Positions 62,775 to 64,000 of a stretch of DNA of 64,000 nucleotides are shown here, in pieces. Both the position numbers and the translations under genes were made by a program. The notes beneath the pieces are model-generated. The model was not told where the DNA came from, did no database searches, and saw only the letters and a list, made by a program, of their open reading frames with translations. Every line of letters begins with the position of its first letter. The first letter of the stretch is position 1. Source of the DNA: Vulcanimicrobiota bacterium (GTDB lineage Bacteria > Vulcanimicrobiota > Vulcanimicrobiia > Vulcanimicrobiales > Vulcanimicrobiaceae); the NCBI GenBank assembly GCA_963714015.1, contig OY970223.1, positions 3,424,001-3,488,000 of the forward strand, read 5' to 3'.

Positions 62775-64000
62775 CTACTTCACCACGACGGAGAAAGCGA
62801 TCGTCCCGAATTGGCCTGCGCCGAGCGAGAAGCCGGCACCGCCGATGGTTACTGAGAATGCTGCAGAACCGATGTTGTTGGTCGTCCAAACGTCGCCGCT
62901 GTTCCAGGTTCCGCCGCCGCCCGGCATATCGGTTGCAGCCGCGGAGAGGCCGTTCGTATTGGCCGCCCAAGTGTTGCCGATCGTCGTGCCGTCATCGGTA
63001 AGGGTGAGTTGTCCCGGCTTTGGTTGCGACGAAGGCATTCGCAGGCTCGGTGTTGCCGCTGCCGCCCGGTTACTGCGACGTTGCGATAGTCGATCGAGTA
63101 CGTGAGCGTTCCGCCCGGGCAGAGCGAACCGGCGGCGTAACCCGGAGAAGTGCCCGCGGGACATCCGGACGAAGTGACCGTTACGCTCTTCGTCAAGGCG
63201 ATGAACCCGCTATACAGCTCGTTGTGCGTCGTATTGGCTTGCGTGTTGTCATTCACCGACGTGGCGGCGATCGACGCATCGAAGCGCGAGAACGTGGCGA
63301 TGCCGGACGGCGAATTGTAGACCGCCCAGTACTGGATCGCTTGCCCCGATCCGACTGCAATGGTGGCGGTACAGGTCGCGGCAGGACTCGTACACCCCGC
63401 GTACGGGCTCGCTGCCGGGCCCGGTTCCGGAACCGTTGTCCGGGAACAGTTGCACGGTCCATCCGCCCGACGGGGCGGCTGCAACGACGGTATACGAGTC
63501 GTCTTTGTTTCCCGAGTTGTAGAGCGCGTTGGCAACGTTCGATGCCGTTGACTGCGGAGGTGTACGTATTTCCGCTCGGCGCGCCTATAACGGTGCTCGA
63601 ATTGATCGACGTGAAGCGCGATCGGCGTGAACGAGACTTGCGTGAAGTCGTCGTTGGCGTTGACTCCGACGCTGCCGTCATACGAACCGGTCGCCTGCGA
63701 GTTGGTGATCAGCGTCGACATGGTGCGTGGGCGTCGAGCTCGACGGTCCGTTGAAAACGCCGGCGGCCAAATGCGCCGTAGTTCACCGTCGTGTTGGACC
63801 AGCCGTTTCCGCCGCTGCTTCCCGATCCGGGCGGTACCACGGGCGGGTAGTTGATGCCCTGGTTGGCTGCGTAGATTGGCGCCGCGCCGCCGCTGTCGGC
63901 AGTGCCGGCCGGGATGTTGCCGCCGTCGATGTGTTCGGTGGGTTGGTTGTCGCCGAAAATCGACGTCGCGACGTTTTGATAAGCGTTCGGATTGGCGGAA
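62775..64000 (-). CDS. DUF11-type beta-rich secreted protein; partial (5' end outside the window), several indels
   Basis: IALTKSV...PGGTLTYSIDYRN...LTLTDDG...GTIAFSVVVK pieced from shifted frames. Confidence 0.65.

Overview
GC-rich bacterial chromosome segment. The gene content (TPR-type regulator, many orphan secreted or lipoproteins, outer-membrane barrels, Actinobacteria-like PHA genes) suggests a diderm soil bacterium, probably Vulcanimicrobiota/Eremiobacterota (inference only). Many 1-2 bp indels split ORFs, most likely long-read assembly errors. Left to right: (1) tRNA-Ser(TGA) whose 5' half is duplicated 2.5 kb away, then a decayed mobile region (IS21, two tyrosine-integrase remnants, a TraA-like relaxase remnant, mobile mystery proteins A/B); (2) four tandem GH26-like proteins; (3) a PHA locus (phaB-phaB-phaC-XRE regulator-phasin-like) with paired palindromic operators; (4) OPT transporter, ATL-type ogt homolog, kynA-kynU-MATE; (5) a six-gene atypical chaperone-usher-like fimbrial operon, divergent from an orphan flagellin-like gene, where the major subunit and the flagellin both carry sigma28-type promoters and CsrA-type ANGGA hairpins; (6) M-box riboswitch with split MgtE-N/CBS plus NRMT Mg uptake genes; (7) diguanylate cyclase, PucR plus GlnA-like gene, hybrid kinase, amino-acid decarboxylase, ridA, TPR protein; (8) a second surface-structure operon of DUF11 proteins, an L-lectin adhesin and a large outer-membrane barrel with a SprA-like motif, running off the window end. 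The two surface-appendage operons are the best candidates for undescribed systems.
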